Assembly: GCA_964619725.1 (NCBI GenBank)
Contig: CAZUFC010000073.1
Span: 1-41,492 of the forward strand
DNA from: an uncultured bacterium
GTDB taxonomy: Bacteria; CSSED10-310; CAZUFC01
DNA: 41,492 nt
Reading direction: 5' to 3'
Shown here: positions 39,191-41,492 of the stretch, piece after piece
How positions within the stretch are numbered: the stretch's first letter is position 1
Layout of the letters: each line of letters opens with the position of its first letter
Program-made: the position numbers and the translations under genes
The notes under the pieces: model-generated
The model's input: the letters and a program-made list of their open reading frames with translations, nothing else
What the model was told of the DNA's origin: nothing
Database searches by the model: none

Positions 39191-40489
39191 CTACCGGAAC
39201 CAAGACTTTGAAGATTTTTGAAGTGATGAGAAAGCGTCCAAGACATCTCTGTATTCTTTTTGAAGTAAGTATTGATGAACTTTGGACCGACGGGCTATAT
39301 CGATCGCACCTATTGCATATTTCACGCTGTTTTTCGGGTTATTTTCTTTGAACGAGTTAATTTCATTCAATCTTTCTTGAAAATACATTATATCGTCGTC
39401 AAATCGTTCGATCAGATATGAAACGAGTTCCTGCTGTCCCTTTAAAACTTGTTTTTTACTCCTGATAATTGCCATTTTACTGGCCAATCCATTTGAAATT
39501 GATTCCAACAACCCATTGGATGCTTCAATTAACTTAACTCCGACCTTGTTAGATGCACGAGTGTTTTTGATTATTGATATCAGATTTCTGGATTGCGTTG
39601 CCGCCATTACAGCGATGACTCCCCCAAAAATAACTCCTCCTGCTGGTCCAAAAATCAAGACGCCCACTCCCTTACCAGCGAAGCCACCCAACACGCCAAG
39701 TGAACCTTTAACAGTGACATCAGCAGCAATGTTGGCGATTGCATCAACAATTGAGACATCACTTCGCCACCAGTCATGGACATTACGTACAGAGCTGATT
39801 ACTGCTGCAAACAGTGGGATTTCATAATCCAGAATTTCTGCGCCAGCTTCCAGGGATGAGGAAGTAATTTCAGATATCGTTTCAAGATCGAATCCCTCCA
39901 CGAAAAAAACAAGATCAGCCCAGTCTTCACCACTGTCAGTTATAGATTGAGCCAATTCCGCATTGGCAAATACTGGAGTTTCCGGGTAGTTATCAAAATG
40001 GTGTTCAATACCGTTTAGAGATGAAAGACATTTAATCTGAAACTCCTGCCCATCCACAACAATATCGAATCCTGCTTCATTCGGATTATTCGGAAAACTT
40101 ATCTGATTACCCTGCTCCAGTAGTTTTGATGCAACATATTGTTCAGCCACATAACCCTTTAAACTTGAAAACGCACCGTCAGCAGCAGCTTCATTCATGT
40201 CACTTAATCGATCAGCAAAGAAACCGAACTCAAACACATTGTCCAGGTCTTCGGCACGACTGAAATCCGCAGCTTGTATAGCAAGAGGGTTAACTGATGC
40301 GATGTCATAGACAAAATCACCGAAGGTAAGACCAGCAAGAGCAATATTTTCTTTGATATATGTTTTTTGACCAAATAATGCGGATTTTAGATTGTTTTCA
40401 TCTCCGCTGTCGATTGTTTCCCCCAGAGCACTTTTAAGACCTTGATTTTTTATAGTCTGATGCAATTTTTTCTTTAATCTTTCATTCAT
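39191..40489 (-). CDS. Hypothetical protein: PD-(D/E)xK-like nuclease motif, glycine-zipper hydrophobic segment and C-terminal helical region
   Basis: KGYVAE...AGFDIVVDGQEFQIK; GSLGVLGGFAGKGVGVLIFGPAGGVIFGG. Confidence 0.7.
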   Translation of the reverse strand: MNERLKKKLHQTIKNQGLKSALGETIDSGDENNLKSALFGQKTYIKENIALAGLTFGDFVYDIASVNPLAIQAADFSRAEDLDNVFEFGFFADRLSDMNEAAADGAFSSLKGYVAEQYVASKLLEQGNQISFPNNPNEAGFDIVVDGQEFQIKCLSSLNGIEHHFDNYPETPVFANAELAQSITDSGEDWADLVFFVEGFDLETISEITSSSLEAGAEILDYEIPLFAAVISSVRNVHDWWRSDVSIVDAIANIAADVTVKGSLGVLGGFAGKGVGVLIFGPAGGVIFGGVIAVMAATQSRNLISIIKNTRASNKVGVKLIEASNGLLESISNGLASKMAIIRSKKQVLKGQQELVSYLIERFDDDIMYFQERLNEINSFKENNPKNSVKYAIGAIDIARRSKVHQYLLQKEYRDVLDAFSSLQKSSKSWFR

Positions 40490-40495
40490 ATTGCT

Positions 40496-41491
40496 CTAAT
40501 CCTGTGCACTTAGCTGCCTGTATTTTTCCAGATATCCCTCTGCATTGGGATAGGATTCAGAAATAAATCCCTTTTTAATTTTCGATAGTGTTATGTCACC
40601 GATATTTAGCATGTTTTCTTTGGAGAAAAAATCGGATGGCTGTTTCTTCCTATTTATTTTGTTTTGAGCTTTGTCCAAAATACGTGACGGGACATGCTGA
40701 TGGAAGTCCCTGAAAACGTCCAACATTGGATCGGGATTCAAGTTGTTTTCGGCAATAGCCTTTATTGTTAAAATTGATGCTATCGCAACTCCGAAAGCAC
40801 CACTTAGTTTCTTTGTCAAATTACCGGCAATAAAAACACCTCCAACAAGCACCGCTGGAATAACCAAAAAAGGATTTGCGAGGACAGCCATCGTGCAAAC
40901 CAGTGTCTTCCCTCCGACAAGAGGAATAATCGCAGATGCTTTTGCAGCTAGGATGTATGCAGAGAATCCTGCTAATTCAACCGCTATTCCAAAGCCGATC
41001 AAACTTCCCGAACTTATCAAGAGTTTCAATGCAGCGGAATCCGATAACTCATCAACACCCAGTTGATCCAGTAATTCTTTTTGAGCTTCTGAATCCAGTT
41101 TTGAGACAGTTGTCTTAATTTTCGTGACCAATTCATTTTGAAGATCATCCGGAATATCCCCCCTCTCAGCTGCGCTGGCAATCAATCGCAGCACATTCAT
41201 CTGAACGACTTCCGGAAATGAGGGATTATTCAAACGATGCCTTGAGAAGGGATTTAACCGATACCTGGCGTATTTTTTCCAGTATTCTTCGGTAAAAAAT
41301 CCGGTTTTTTTCGCCGCTTCATCATCAAGTGTTTTGGCAAAAAGGATTTTGGATTGTTCAGCAATATCATTTGTAATATCGTCTAATCCTCTTCGGGAGA
41401 ATGTCATTTGAGGCTTTAATCCGAATCCTTCCCTGAGGTGTATATTCTGGACCAAAGATGCCGGCGATTCCGGTTTAAAGATGCCGCCCAT
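40496..41491 (-). CDS. Hypothetical membrane-associated protein (YaaW/UPF0174-like hydrophobic hairpin); probably 5'-truncated by the window
   Basis: Long ORF reaching the window edge; hydrophobic run GSLIGFGIAVELAGFSAYILAA...AVLANPFLVIPAVLVGG; 6 bp from the next gene. Confidence 0.65.
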   Translation of the reverse strand: MGGIFKPESPASLVQNIHLREGFGLKPQMTFSRRGLDDITNDIAEQSKILFAKTLDDEAAKKTGFFTEEYWKKYARYRLNPFSRHRLNNPSFPEVVQMNVLRLIASAAERGDIPDDLQNELVTKIKTTVSKLDSEAQKELLDQLGVDELSDSAALKLLISSGSLIGFGIAVELAGFSAYILAAKASAIIPLVGGKTLVCTMAVLANPFLVIPAVLVGGVFIAGNLTKKLSGAFGVAIASILTIKAIAENNLNPDPMLDVFRDFHQHVPSRILDKAQNKINRKKQPSDFFSKENMLNIGDITLSKIKKGFISESYPNAEGYLEKYRQLSAQD

Positions 41492-41492
41492 T

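Larger units (their letters stand above)
37900..41492. mobile_element. Left part of a putative integrative element / genomic island (boundary approximate, continues beyond the window)
   Basis: Integrase followed by visibly AT-richer hypothetical genes; no att site identified. Confidence 0.5.

Overview
Bacterial chromosomal window of mid GC content, densely coding. I see no rRNA, tRNA or CRISPR array. From left to right it holds: a surface-modification trio (sulfatase-fold enzyme, GT-C-like membrane protein, O-antigen-ligase/TPR protein); C45 and M19 peptidases; an AT-rich nucleotidyltransferase plus a small partner gene; a glycogen-to-trehalose operon (glgX, internally deleted treT, treY, treZ); fhs; a metallophosphoesterase; an FG-GAP lipoprotein; a PflX-like radical SAM protein; HtrA; an RlmD-like protein lacking its catalytic residues; a duplicated-domain surface protein; a 1.1-kb cluster of mobile-DNA remnants; galK; a YdjY-like protein; a glycerol-1-phosphate dehydrogenase homologue; an orphan C5 DNA methyltransferase; a gingipain-like C25 protein lacking the catalytic Cys; and the left edge of a tyrosine-integrase island. 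The best leads are three. (1) The island's two-gene cargo, a PD-(D/E)xK-like nuclease with a glycine-zipper membrane segment plus a membrane partner, is a candidate uncharacterised defence or toxin system. (2) A MITE family with about 13-bp TIRs, 8-bp TSDs and variable ATCGNN hexamer cargo sits at accessory-gene boundaries. (3) A roughly 115-aa C-terminal domain shared by two unrelated secreted peptidases is a candidate lineage-specific sorting signal. All family assignments come from motif recognition by eye; no searches were run.
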